Assembly (NCBI RefSeq): GCF_009914755.1
Contig: NC_060941.1
Length of the DNA stretch: 64,000 nucleotides
Reading direction: 5' to 3' (one strand)
DNA from: the human T2T-CHM13v2.0 reference genome, Homo sapiens
Position 1 is the first letter of the stretch; the number at the start of each line of letters is the position of its first letter. The notes below the pieces were generated by a model, which saw only the letters and a list, made by a program, of their open reading frames with translations, ran no database searches and was not told the origin of the DNA. Shown in pieces: positions 1-17,710 of the stretch. Made by a program: the position numbers and the translations under genes.

Positions 1-665
1 TTTATTTCTTTCACGGTCATTTCTGTTTTATCATCATACATGCATCATTTGTGGACTTGGAAAAACCTGATTTGATCAAACTTTGAAAACCCCACTGGCT
101 TTATGTCTTTATCGTTCCTTTAATACCATTTTCTCCCTTGTTACACAAGCAGGCAAGTCTCTAAAAACGTACCCTGAAAGGAGTTAAATAGCCTCAAATG
201 GATTAAAAACTGGCAAAGCTTTGATCTATATAGTGAAATATCTCACCATAGCTCCTGCTCTAGAAGAACAGTTAAGAAGCTTGACACTTAGGTGTTTGGT
301 GAATTTTACTCAAAGCCTGACCAAAGCTGCCCTGAGAGGCTGCAGAGTTCAAAGCCACAGGGGCCTGGTTGTGGCCCTGCTCCCCTCTCCTCGGAAATTT
401 CTACAAATTCAGCAAAGGGCAGTCCTGAGATAAGAGGCTGCTAACACATTAGAAAATAGAGCGTGCACACTTATTATTTAGTTTCTTTAAGCCTCACATG
501 AGGTTTGTGTTAGCTGATCATTCACCAGCTTCTTATACATTTCTAAAGAGGCAAAGAGCAAAAAGGAATAGAGAGGCCACCTGAGTTAGAGGAAGAAAGG
601 TAGCAGCTGCACACTGATGGAGTGAAGATGCTAGCTAGCTATGCAGTGAACACATAGATGGTGCT

Positions 666-749
666 TTTTTTTTTTTTTTTTTTTTTTTGAGACAGATTCT
701 CACTCTGTTGCCCAGGCCTCAGACTCCCGAGTAGCTGGGATTACAGGCC
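666..749 (-). mobile_element. Short internally deleted Alu right-arm fragment
   Basis: polyT-GAGACAGATTCTCACTCTGTTGCCCAGGC joined directly to CTCAGACTCCCGAGTAGCTGGGATTACAGGC. Confidence 0.75.
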
Positions 750-762
750 AGGGTGATGCTAG

Positions 763-1107
<345 letters not shown>

Positions 1108-2364
1108 AATGCATCTTTTACAATTTTGCATGGGGTTAAAAACACTCTAGTTCAGCCATTTGCCAAGAATTGAAAGGTTTTCTACTTTTACTTTCAGTGA
1201 ACCAGAAATTCCCAAACCTAGACACACCCAGATTCATCAAGGTATAGACATAATTGAGGGGTTACAGGTGAGCTCAACATGCAGGAATTAGATGGACTTC
1301 TCTGGATGTGCAAATACTACCCTGGTCTTTCTTTCTCTGAAATTGATGTGATGCGAAAAACATGGATAGGTTGTCCACTGAAATATTGCTGGAGAGATAT
1401 GCTAGAGCTGCTAACTATAGTGCTAGAAAAATCTCTTCATATTTACATCAAATGTACACAACAGCAGAAAAACTGATTTCACTAAACACAATTCAAGAAC
1501 CATCTGATACAGCCAGAGAGAAAAGTAGCTTCCATGCTCTACAAATTTTATAAAACATTTACTTTAAAACAACTATCACTCTCTTGAAAAGCTATAATTA
1601 GTTTTTCTCCTACCTTGTTCCTAAGCCATTTTAGGAAAAATGTAAATATGGTTGAAGTGGAAAGAGGCTCACTTGCCAAGGGAGGCTACAGTAAAAACGT
1701 CAGTGAGAATTCTCTCTGCATGCTAATGGGCTATTCTGGCCTACCTGGCTCATTCCTCTTTTTTTACCAAACTCCTGTGTACTAAATTTTCCCTGTCAAG
1801 ATCCTTTTAAAACCGTATTTATGGTTTATGTGACATAAGAGATACAAATCCTTACATCATCATCATCATCATGTTACACAAACTCTCTACAATCTGATCA
1901 ACTCTTTAACCCCCCACCCACAAAAGCAGACATAAATAATGTCTTAGTAACATGTTTAAAAACTCAAATCTGAGAACTTTCCTCCAGCAAGGAGCCCTAC
2001 TCTCAAAATATTGCCTTTGAATATACTGTACGTCTTCATTTCTCAAACATGTACTGAGCACCTACTAGGAGTAGCAAGGAACATAAAGACAGAAGACATG
2101 AAAGTCAAAAAATCTGGAACCTACAAGTCAGGAGAGGTAAGGATGTGAACACATGTGAGGAGAGGCAGCTCCTGGCAAGCGGCTAGGGCTGGGGCAGCTG
2201 CACCCGTGAGGGCCATGAGAGGTGAGCGGAACTGAAATCCAGCCACTGCCTCATGCCCTGGCAAGGGCTGCAACCCCTACAAAAGCACAGGCCCCATCAG
2301 CTGGCATGTGTGCATCACTGGGCTGGAGGAGGCCCTATAATAACCAAGAGACTAAAAGACTTAG

Positions 2365-2772
<408 letters not shown>

Positions 2773-2873
2773 TAAAAAGTCCTCAACACCCTCCAAACAC
2801 AAAGCCATCATGGTACTGAATCTGCAGCAAAGGATATATTTTAACACTCATAGAATGGTCAGTTAGGAGTTAC

Positions 2874-2973
2874 CTTGGTGATCAACGTAAGGCTTGAAGG
2901 CCTGGAGGATTTTTGGCACAGCCACGCCCATGTCAAGTTCCGTCAGAGTGAGCTCATTCATAAAGTAGGGGAG
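2874..2973 (-). CDS. TEX2: TEX2 exon 7 (100 nt, LPYFMNELTLTELDMGVAVPKILQAFKPYVDHQG; SMP domain)
   Basis: Not in the ORF track; read manually. Acceptor tttcctctag|CTC, donor AAG|GTAAC, phase 0/1. Confidence 0.93.
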
Positions 2974-3129
2974 CTAGAGGAAACAAGCAAACAATGAGTG
3001 AGACCCATGAGCAACCTACAAAACATGCTGTTGCAAGTCAACATGCTTCCGGAGAGGATGGTGGCCAAGGTTTTGGGGACATATCATTTATGTAACGAAA
3101 ACGTAATGTGCACACATCATGTACTAGGC

Positions 3130-3390
3130 TTCGTACTCCAGACAGAGCCATGAAGAGGTCAGGCCAGGGCCTGGCTCTCACGGGGTTTATAATAGAAAGG
3201 CAGAAACAGGTAAATACATAGACAATATACTTCCAGAGAGTGATTAGTGCTGCAAAGAACATCAAGCAGGTAATGGGCAGAGGGAACACGGGGGTGGCTG
3301 TTTTGGCTGAGGAGGTCAGGGATGGCTTCCCTGAGGAGTGGCATTTGAGCAGAGGCCACCTATGGAGAAGGAGCCAGCCATGCTGGTTAA
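3130..3390 (-). mobile_element. L2 3' fragment (further antisense L2 pieces near 20900-21470 and 40790-40950)
   Basis: GGTCAGGGATGGCTTCCCTGAGGAGTGGCATTTGAGCAGAG. Confidence 0.6.
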
Positions 3391-3470
3391 CAGTACCCCA
3401 CATTTGCTGAAGTATGGGAAAACAGACCTCTCTCAGACTCTCAGTGGGTAGTAAGAAACTGCTACAACAA

Positions 3471-4600
<1,130 letters not shown>

Positions 4601-5481
4601 CACCCCCAAATCTATCCGTAGGAATTTATTCTACAGGAAATAACATAAGAATACTGGCATCATGTTTAAAAATTCCTACTTCATCTCAAGATTATAGAAT
4701 TAATTCATCTATATTTTCTCTGCTTGGATTTGTGGATGTATATGTATTTCTTAAAATATTTATTCCATTCATAATTTTAATGTAAGATGTAAATTAGGGA
4801 TCTAGCGTAATTTTTCCCCCAAATGGTTGGTCAGCAATCTCGACCTATTTATTCAGCAACCAACACTTGCCCTACTAATCTGTTCCGCCATCTTTAAGTG
4901 CTAAATTCCCACTGCACTGGAGTCTGTACTGAATTTCTACCAGTATCAAACTGCTTTGACTACTTTAGCTTTATAATATATTTTAGCTTTATAATACACT
5001 TTTAACTTTATAATATACTTTTAAATCTGGCAAGTCCCTCTCCTTTTTTTTTCTCCCAGAATTCTCTTAGTTATTTTCATAAGTATTTTTCCAGTTGAAT
5101 GTTACAATAGTTTTATAAAATTTAGAATAAAATTAAGAGGTTTTTAAAAATTAAATGTAAACTAAATATTCCACATAAAATGAGGTAGCATCTAGTCAGG
5201 CATGAATTTAATACCTAACTTGGCTGGACCTCTTCAGCTGTTTCCCTGCAGAGAAACATAAGCTTTCAGGATTCACCAATCAGAGAATGTAATCTCTGAT
5301 TTTTTGTGGAGGGGATGTTAAAAAGGTTATAATGTCTATGACGAACAAAACGTGAGTAGACAGTGTTCGAAGGCATAGTTTTGAATTGGTGTTTGCTATA
5401 TTTGGAGAACCTTTTTCCAAAGCATCAATGTTATAAGTGGTATTGGCCTCTCTACCAACCTATAAAATGCTACTTGGCTAA

Positions 5482-5917
<436 letters not shown>

Positions 5918-7349
5918 CATCCAACGGTGTTTCTATGGGAATGTCAGTCTGACACTGAGCCACAGGAGTGAATAAAGAGACAGCAGGAACATAACTGTCC
6001 CTTCTCTTCCCCTGTCAACCACTACCTGCCATTCTGCAACCTCTAGTTCCTGCAAAGGCAAAGGAAGGACCTGAGACAGGACCTGAGACAAAGGAGGGAC
6101 CTGAAGGACCTGGGGACTGAGGAGGACTTGGCAGGGGAAGGTGGGCTCTACCTACTAGTAAGCAGAATGGGGAGGGGAGATCAGAGGGCCTGGTTTCCTA
6201 TTTATTTGCCCGTCTATCCAACCCGAAGACCCCAGAACATCTATAACCAACCCTCCAGCACTCATATACTCCCCTCCTAGTTCACATCCCTGCCCTTGAG
6301 CAGCCTTCTTCTGTTAAGGTCATTCCTCCTGTTCTTTTCGACAATAAACTGTTTTCTTCCCACCCAAAGGGTACCACAGTGAGACAGAAATCCAGGGGCA
6401 CATTCTTTACCCTCCGGAGTAAACCCAATTAGGGACTAGGCATTCAAGGGTATGGGACGTTCTCAGGCTGGTGGGTGCTAAGTTAGAAGCTGTATGCGAT
6501 CTCAGCAACATTTGCTGACATAGGCACAAGAGGCTCATAACCACTGAGGGCCCTAGGGCGGTTATCTGAGCAGCTGGCTAAGGCCAAGAGCACACTTACT
6601 ACTGGGGCAGAAACTCAGCTTGTTTTAAACCCATCACTGGGCACCAGATGCACACACAGGGCTGCTTTTTCACAACATGAGTCATGATCATGTGCAAGGC
6701 TGACAATCCGAGACTACAGGGCAAGGCCAGCAAAGAGTTCTCCATATGTCAGGCCTTCCAGGGAAACCAGGGGATCAGGGAGATCTGTGTCACAGGGGAA
6801 AGCTCAGGCTCCTCTAGATACCACTTCCCTATTCCCATTTTGGCTCTTGACTGGCTATTAACCAATACCCACTCACTACTAGGCTTAAGGCTTAGTTCCT
6901 CCCAGGGGTACTTGGATATTTGGTGGCAATCAGTTCTTTTCGTAGGGGCGGTGACAGCTTCAGAATTTGGTAATGTCCTTCTGCTTTCCTGTTTATTCTG
7001 TAACCAGGGGCTCCTCTGGTCTGCAGGCACTTCACAGTGCAGCAGATCAGGAGGCGGGTGGAGGGTATGGATGGAACACACTGAGGGAACACAATGCCCA
7101 CCTCTAGCCTCTGGCACTGCTGGATCTAGGCCACACTTCTCCATTCTAACCTTTTAGTACTTCTGACCTCAAAAAACAAAAGGAAGTTTAAGTCTGTGAA
7201 CTACCAGTGCCTCCATGATTATCAACGGGAGAAAATGAAAACAGACTTTCCCTCAACTTTCTCCAGGAGGACGGGGGCACCTTCACAAATAGGGCAGAGG
7301 CTCTGTGGACTTCCAGCTCAAGAGAGAAGGGTGGGACCTCTCAAACCAG

Positions 7350-7519
7350 TTTGGTTTTGTTGGTGTTGTTGTTGTTTTTAGAGATGAGAGTCTTGCTCTG
7401 TCACCCAGGCTGGAGTTTGGTGGTGCGATCATAGCTCAGAACTCCTGGGTTCAAGTCATCCTCTTGCCTCTGCAACCCAAGTATCTGGGACCACAGGTGT
7501 GCACCAGCACTCCTGGCTC
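7350..7519 (-). mobile_element. Alu right-arm monomer / FRAM-like
   Basis: Diverged monomer with (TTG)n tail. Confidence 0.75.
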
Positions 7520-8589
7520 AAGTCAGCTTTGGAATGCATGTAGCAGGGGAGCAGCATCCCACCTGGAGTTCAAGTATGTCCTGCTTTCTTTTTGCACACT
7601 GCCAAGAACTGCAGCCCTGCTGCTCAGGGAAGGGCCCCTCTTGCTTACAGAAGGGCTCGAGATAGACCCTGGGAAAAGAGCAGGGCCAGCCCTACCCATA
7701 TGCCTTGACCTGGGAACTCAAGCCTTCCATCATTTCCAAAAATGGGGAGAGGCTGAGTGAGCTCTAGGTTGGCTGCTGACACTGCATCTCCCAACACAGA
7801 GGGTTACTGCTACTTGTTGTCTCCTGCTATGGAACTGGCTAGCAGAAGCACGTTCAACCCTCAAACTACCTCAGGAACACAAACAGGCTGACACCTGTCA
7901 ACAGAGCCCTCCCCCAAAATCTGCCTTGAAATCCACCCTTCTGGCTCAGAAGGCAGCCCCTCCTTCCTCTTTCTCAGGAGCTGGGGAAGAAGGGACACTG
8001 GCCCACAGACAGCAGCCAGAGCTTGACAAGGCCAGGAAAAGCTCTGTTCTTTACCCAAAGGAACAAAAGAAATCAACCTGAAGCTCCTCTATGCCCATAT
8101 TTTCCTTCTAATCTAGTTTACCGTAGTTCACAGTTTCTTAATCTAGAGTCCTTGAACTTTCCGAAATAATGGGCAAAATTTTGTGTCAACGTGTTTTTCT
8201 AGTGAAAGGATATCATAGGCTTCTGCTTCTCAAAAATGTCTCTGATCCATACAACTTCAGGGCTACTGACTTAAGCTACTGACTGTTCAGTGAAGATTTG
8301 GGATCCAAAGTGACTCTTCTTGGCTGGGTCTTCACTGGGTCAAAAAGTTAATTTTAAAGAACCTCAAGATCCTCAATAAGGTCTCCTGGTTGGCAAATGA
8401 GTCTTTTAATGACAGCCATACTTACACAGTTCAAACTCACTTCCAACTGGCCCTGGATTAGCACCAGAGTGTTTCTTCAGGAGAGAGCCCAAAATAAAGT
8501 ACCATCTGGCCAAAAAGTAAAGGTCAAACACAGACACATTTAAAGTGCAATGCTAACTTTCCCAGCTTGAGAGGGAGCACAGCCTGGGA

Positions 8590-8717
8590 AAGAGGCCTTA
8601 AGTAGTCTGGTGTTTTCCTCAGTCAGTATACTAAGAGGCCTTAAGTAGTCTAGCATTTTCTTCAGTGAGTATACTAAGAGGCCTTAAGTAATTTGTATTT
8701 TCCTCAGAGGATATACC
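8590..8717. repeat. Minisatellite, 3 x 43 bp
   Basis: AAGAGGCCTTAAGTA starts at 8590, 8633 and 8676. Confidence 0.9.
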
Positions 8718-9101
8718 ATGTGGCCTAGACTGCTGTGGGGCTGGGTGGGCTCTGGATGTACAATTTAAGTTCATTTCCAACTTAAAAATAACAATTATAT
8801 AAGACGAATCGGTTATAAGAGCTCACATTTTCCCAAACTAAATTCTGGATTATCACCTGGAGTGGATAACAATGAGGGCAACACAAGAAAATGAGTAAAC
8901 ATTAATGTTCACTAAGCCCCCAGATGCAGTTAATCATAAGGTCAGTCTGTGATCAAGGTCAGATGTGCTGTTTGAGAACTTACTACCCTCATATGTTATA
9001 CGTTTAAACCAAATTATTTTTCACTTAGGACATAAGGGTACAAAATTTCCAGAAATGAAGAAGTATAGAGGATTAGAAGCCTCTTGTGTGGAAAGTGATA
9101 C

Positions 9102-9248
9102 CTTTATTTTGCTGAGTTTCATTTGGATCTTCTTAGACACCAGATCAGACCAGTATTTCTCTCCTAAGAAGTCCCAAAATATTCTTCCAAGCAAGGCATT
9201 CACCCAGGCTTCCTGTTCTTCCTCCTCAGAGGGTGGAACCTCTGGCAA
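9102..9248 (-). CDS. TEX2: TEX2 exon 6 (147 nt, LPEVPPSEEEEQEAWVNALLGRIFWDF...KLSKIK; start of SMP domain)
   Basis: Acceptor cttttgccag|TTG, donor AAG|GTATC, phase 0/0; WVNxLLGR is a typical SMP-domain start. Confidence 0.95.
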
Positions 9249-10856
9249 CTGGCAAAAGAAAAGGGACCAAAATTAGCTAGAAAGCAACTGGAGAATAAGA
9301 CAGGTGCTTATTTTTATAAAGTCACTGAAGGTCCCTCCTTATAGAAACAGGAGACCACACGAGTCATACTCCTTCCCTATAAATTACAAGTCCCACATTA
9401 TATTGGTGACTAGGAAAGGGGAGAAACGAAAGCTGCCATCACAGCTAAAACCTTCTCTTTGTCTGTTTTCTTTTTCTACCAGTCTTCCTGTAAACCAGCT
9501 AATATTTCATACTATTAGCTTAGCCAAACTGCTCTGCGTCCAAATTAGCTTGGTATCAACATTATGCATCAGTGACACATCTGATAAAATGCCTGCCCAT
9601 CTTTCTTCAAGCTAAGGCTTGGACGTGTAATTGTCAAGCTGGTGCTCATCCGGGCAGACGCCACAGTTCCCCAATGGCCAGGACTCAAGTTCAGCCTGAA
9701 CCCTGTGAGGTCAAAATACTCCCGGGATGCTTAAAAATACTGATGTCTGGATCCTACCCCCAGAGTCACTGATTTCAGTGGGCATCAGGAGTTTCAGATG
9801 CTCCCCTGGTAATGTAATGAACAGGCAAGACGATGAATCACAGATCTGGATTAGAGAGAGCTGCTCTCAGGGCTTCCATGAAACATCTACAGCTGTTCTC
9901 ACCAATCTCGGCCCAGCGAAATACCCTGATCCTTACTTCCATTTGATACAATCCATCTGAAGCATCTGCTGTGGCCAATGTGTGAGATGGGGGAGAAAGT
10001 AAACCCAAGTCTCTGATTTCCTTGGCTAATCATTAGACTGTGCACTCTGGCCTGGAGGGGGTCAGGGATGGAGATAAAGAAGGGTAAACAGCAGCACCCA
10101 CAGACGGTGTTGTAAGGTTTATGTGGTTGGTGCAGGCACGGGCTGAGAACTCAGTAATGTAGCAGCTGTCCACTGACCACATGCCAGCCCTATGGGCACA
10201 TTCCTGTCTCAGGTCCACTCATGTCTCACAATACCCTGGAAAGACAGGAACTTTACTTCCATTTTAGAAATGAGTGCAGCGCCTGACACACAGTCCTGTT
10301 CTCCCATCCTCTATCTGCTCTGTCCTGTGTGTGGCGGTGGGGGTGGGGGAAGGGGAGCTGGCCCCCTGATATGGCAGACATTTTCCTGTGCTGAGGTCTC
10401 TAATTAGACTGTAGCCTTGCAGAAACAATGAGCTTTGGAAAGCAAAGATGAAAAGATTTAGAAATGCAGAATCTGTGAATTATTCCCCCTTTCCCCTCCC
10501 TCTATGGCTACTATAAGTGCATCTGTTCTGCCCTCATGGGCTGGCTGCAGCTATAACACACACCAGACACTCTCATCACCTCCACGCTTTGTGCTTGTGC
10601 ATTCGTGCCAGTGATATCCATTCTGAGCAGCTGTGACTGTGCCCACATTGAAGCTGTGTGCCTGGGTCAGTGCTGTGGTGCACACGTTGTTGCTTGGTGT
10701 GTATGGATTTGAATCTGCAGATCCAATTGTTTGTGAGTACTCCCAAGGTCTACAGCACATAGCTCCGTGCACTCATTCTGAAGCTTGGTGTTCACCAGTC
10801 ACTGAGCTGTGCCTGAGCCAGCACACTGCTCAGTCCCACCCGTCTGCCAGTCTTGC

Positions 10857-11397
10857 TGAGAGGTGAGGCCAGCTAGACTTCCTGGGTGGAGTGGGGACTT
10901 GGAGAAATTTTCTTACAAGAGAATTGTAAAATGCACCAATCAGCACTCTGTAAAAATGTACCAATCAGCACTCTGTAGCTAGCAAAAGGATTGTAAAATG
11001 CACCAATCAGTGCCCTGTAAAACGCACCAATCAGCACTCTGTAAAATGTACCAATCAGCACTCTGTAAAATGCACCAATCAGCAGGATCCTAAAAGTAGC
11101 CAATGGCAGAGAGGACTGAAAAAAGGGCATTGTGATAGGACAAAAACAGAACATGGGAGGGGACAATAAGGGAATAAAAGCTGGCCACCCTAGCCAGCAG
11201 CAGCGGCAACCCGCTTGGGTGCCCTTACGCAGTGTGGAAGCTTTGTACTTTTGCTCTTCACAATAAACCTTCCTACTACTCACTCTTTGGGTCCGTGCCA
11301 CCTTTAAGAGCTGTAACACTCACCGTGAAGGTCCGAGACTTCATTCTTGAAGTCAGTGAGACCACGAACCCACCAGCAGGAACCAACTCCAGATACA
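10857..11397 (+). mobile_element. Solo LTR of ERV9/LTR12 family (LTR12F-like), 541 bp, antisense to TEX2
   Basis: Ends TGAGAGGTGA...GATACA; 4-bp TSD TTGC (10853-10856 and 11398-11401); tandem ~24-bp CCAATCAGCACTCTGTAAAA units; AATAAAA at 11173; AATAAA at 11262. Confidence 0.9.
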
Positions 11398-12930
11398 TTG
11401 CCACAGCCTGTGCCCTCTCTTGCTGGGGGCCTAGGGTTCGCTTACGTTTTTCAATCACATGTCACTGCATGACTTTATATTTTACAGGAGTCCTTCACAT
11501 TTGAGTTTTCAAAGGTCTCCTTTATGAACGTTGGTGAGTCTCATTTAAAAAAAAAAAATGGTTTAAAAAAGATAGCATGCTGGTCAGCCCATTTCAGAAG
11601 ACATGGATCTGCTTCATCCTTCTTAATGGACATGGATTATTCTCTCTGGGCTTTTCGAGTGCTGTGACGTTTTCTGTCATTAACCAAGACATTTTCCACC
11701 ACTAGGTCCTGGATGGAAGGGCAAGAGTTTGCAGCGGTGAATGCTTGGCCATGCCATAACTTGCACTGTTTTTTTGAATCCCTTTTTTCTCTGACTGAAC
11801 ATCTCCTTCCCAGCCCCAAGGGTAACTCATTCAGCTTTTCTGAGGTTACTGTCTTTGAGTCCCATCCGATTATTTATACAGACTTCTGCATAAACACTCA
11901 TCCAAGGGCAATGACCACCTGGCCCCTCAGACAGTACTAAGTTGCTGCCCACGTAAGACACCATGTGTCTTAATTTAGATTTGTAGGTTATACAAGAGAA
12001 TAAGTTACTTTTTCCCTTCCCTAGAGGGAGCATCTACCCTTTATTAGCCTTTCTTTACAACCCTAGTTACTCACAGGAAACAGTTTTAGCACAAAATAGC
12101 AAGAAACAAAGGCTATTTCACAATGTATGTCCAAGCCAATGGCATATGATGTGGTAAACAAATTTCTGAAATAACCGACAAGCAGGTTGTTTTTTCAACA
12201 GTTCCTTTTTCCAAAATAAGCTTCTCTCCACAGACTCATTGGGAACAAAGAAAAATTCCAGAGCAGAACATCGATAATGCATCAAAGAAGCTTTTATGAG
12301 CAAAACCTGGATTCAACAGCCTGCTAGGAAGGCCCAACGAATGTCATAAAAATTTAAGAGTTTAAAGAAACAATGTGCATACATTTCCTAATATTGCCAT
12401 TTGGCTATAGGATGAAATGTGTGGAGGATATTCATTTCGCTGTCTCAACTGTATAAACACACTAAGAAATGGTAACTTTCCAAAAATGGCTTCCAAATAA
12501 GTGTAGAGAAAATTCAATGGTTTGAAGCTGAAGCAAGCCCATCAAAACTGCGTCGCTCTTGGGATATGTGTTATTTAAAACTAACCTCTAAAACTAAAGT
12601 AGGACAGATTTACTGAAGTCTGTGGTGTAACATTTCCTATTACAAATGGCCAGGAGGCCAGCCCAGTTTTTCTATTACAAAGAGTGTGTAGTGCCCCCAC
12701 TCCTTTTTGGCCGCACCCAGTGTACCGCCAGGGGGGTTGCACAAGGGACAGTGTGGTCCAGGAGATGACACAGCGGAGGACCCTACCCCTGTGTGTTTCT
12801 TTCCCTTGATTATAAAAACAATGCATATTCACTGCAGAAAACACCCATAATCCTGCTACTCAGATTTAAAACATTTTAAACATTATTTTTAAATAACAGT
12901 TTTACTATATTTTCTTTCAGTCTCTTTTCA

Positions 12931-13592
<662 letters not shown>

Positions 13593-13667
13593 TGGTTTTG
13601 TATTTTTTTTTTTTTTTTTACAGTTTTACTTAGATATAATTCATAGATCATACAATTTTTCCATCCT

Positions 13668-14275
13668 TCCATAGCTGCTGTGGAAAACAGTATTGCGGTT
13701 CCTTAAACAATTTAAACAGAATTACCCTTAAGATGCACTAATTTCACTTCTGGCTATATACCCCAACAAATTTGAAAGCAGGGTCTCAAAACAAGGTATG
13801 TGTACACTGATGTTCAGAGCAGCATCATTCACAATAGCTAAAATGTGGAAGCAAGCCAAGCACCCACCGATGGAGGAATGGATAAGCAAAATGGCGTACG
13901 TACACAATGGAGCATGATTCAGCCTCAAAAAGGAAGGTGATTCTGACTTACGCTACCACATGGATGAATCTTGAGGGCATTAGGCTAAGTGAAATAAGTC
14001 AGTCACAAAAAGACAAATACTGTATAATTCTACTTATATGAGGTACTTAGGATAGTCAAAATCCGAGAGACAGGGAATGGTGGTTGCCAGGGGCTGGGAG
14101 GAGGGGGACAGGGGAGTTACTGTTTAATGAGTATAGAGTTTCAATTATACAAGTTGAAGAGAATGGTGGTGGTCAATGCATAACATTATGAATGTATTCA
14201 ATTCTACTGAACTATACATTTTAAAATGATTAAGATGGCAAACTTTATGTATTTTACCACAAAAATAATTTTTAA
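13668..14275 (+). mobile_element. L1MB-type 3' end inserted in an oppositely oriented L1
   Basis: TTGAAAGCAGGGTCTCAAA, GACAAATACTGTATAATTCTACTTATATGAGGTAC, AAAATGATTAAGATGGCAAACTTTATG. Confidence 0.75.
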
Positions 14276-14279
14276 AAAT

Positions 14280-16660
<2,381 letters not shown>

Positions 16661-17347
16661 TCTTTTTAAAATTTATTTTTAAATTGGATATATAGCTTCA
16701 TTTTTTAACTTAGTGCAACAAAAACATTTTCCAATTCAACTTCTAAGTGTTTAAAAAGCCTACTTTGTGGGGGTAGCAAGGGAAGCCCTGGAAAACTATT
16801 CTGCCAGTTACAGACTTCCTGGTTTCTATTTGACTCCTATTTGCTCTGTAACATTCTCATCTTCTGATAACACCAAACAGGTAATAATATCTTGTAATCC
16901 AGTTTATAGATATGAGATGATGAGCACGACGAGTAGTAATAAGGACAGGACTCTCCATACCGGGGTGGCATATGTTAATATTATCTCTAACATTTTTTAA
17001 AACTGTCTGTTGAAATGGAGAGTGGAAGTGCCTTATGCAACCTGAACACCAGAGCCTCACTACTGGAGGACAGGAACCATGGCCTCTCTCCCAGGCAGGC
17101 AATGCAGGGCACACAGAACCAGCAGCCTCCCTGGACTCACACCCCTGAGCAAATCTGCAGCTGACCTGTGGAGTCTCTCTTCCTGATGTACCCATGCTGG
17201 AAGTGGTACCATTGCACTTTCAGACATTTTTTAAAAAAGAGTTTCCTTGTTTCCTGAATTAAATCCCCTTCCAAACCAGGCACTAAACATTTGGAAAACT
17301 AGGCCCTTGCCCCCCAAAATAGTGATATTTTCTAATTCAAATTTTCA

Positions 17348-17710
17348 GCACCACTGCACTCCAGTCTGGGCGACAGAGTGAGACTCCAACTAAAAAAAGA
17401 AAAAAAAAATTTCATCAGAGGCCAGGCACAGTGGCTCACGCTGTAATTCCACCACTTTGGGAGGCCGAGGAGAGTGGATCACCAGAGGTCAGGAGTTCAA
17501 GACCAGCCTGGCCAACATTGTGAAACTCCGTCTCTACTAAAAATACAAAATTAGCCGGACGTGGTAGCGTGTGACTGCAGTCCTGGCTACTCAGGAGGCT
17601 GAGGCAGAAGAATTGCTTGAACCTGGGAGGCGGAGATGGCAGTGAGCCAAGATCACGCCATTGCACTCCAGCCTGGGGAAAAAGAGCAAAACTCCATCTC
17701 AAAAAAAAAA
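17348..17710 (+). mobile_element. 5'-truncated Alu tail fragment followed by a full Alu (17420-17710)
   Basis: Alu consensus. Confidence 0.92.

Noticed and set aside
6684-7760. Non-repeat ORFs of 131-157 aa in intron 6
   Set aside because: No recognisable domain or consistent splice context; lengths compatible with chance
8590-8717. 43-bp periodic repeat with invariant core, superficially CRISPR-like
   Set aside because: The 'spacers' are homologous to each other, there are only three units, no cas genes, and the context is a mammalian intron
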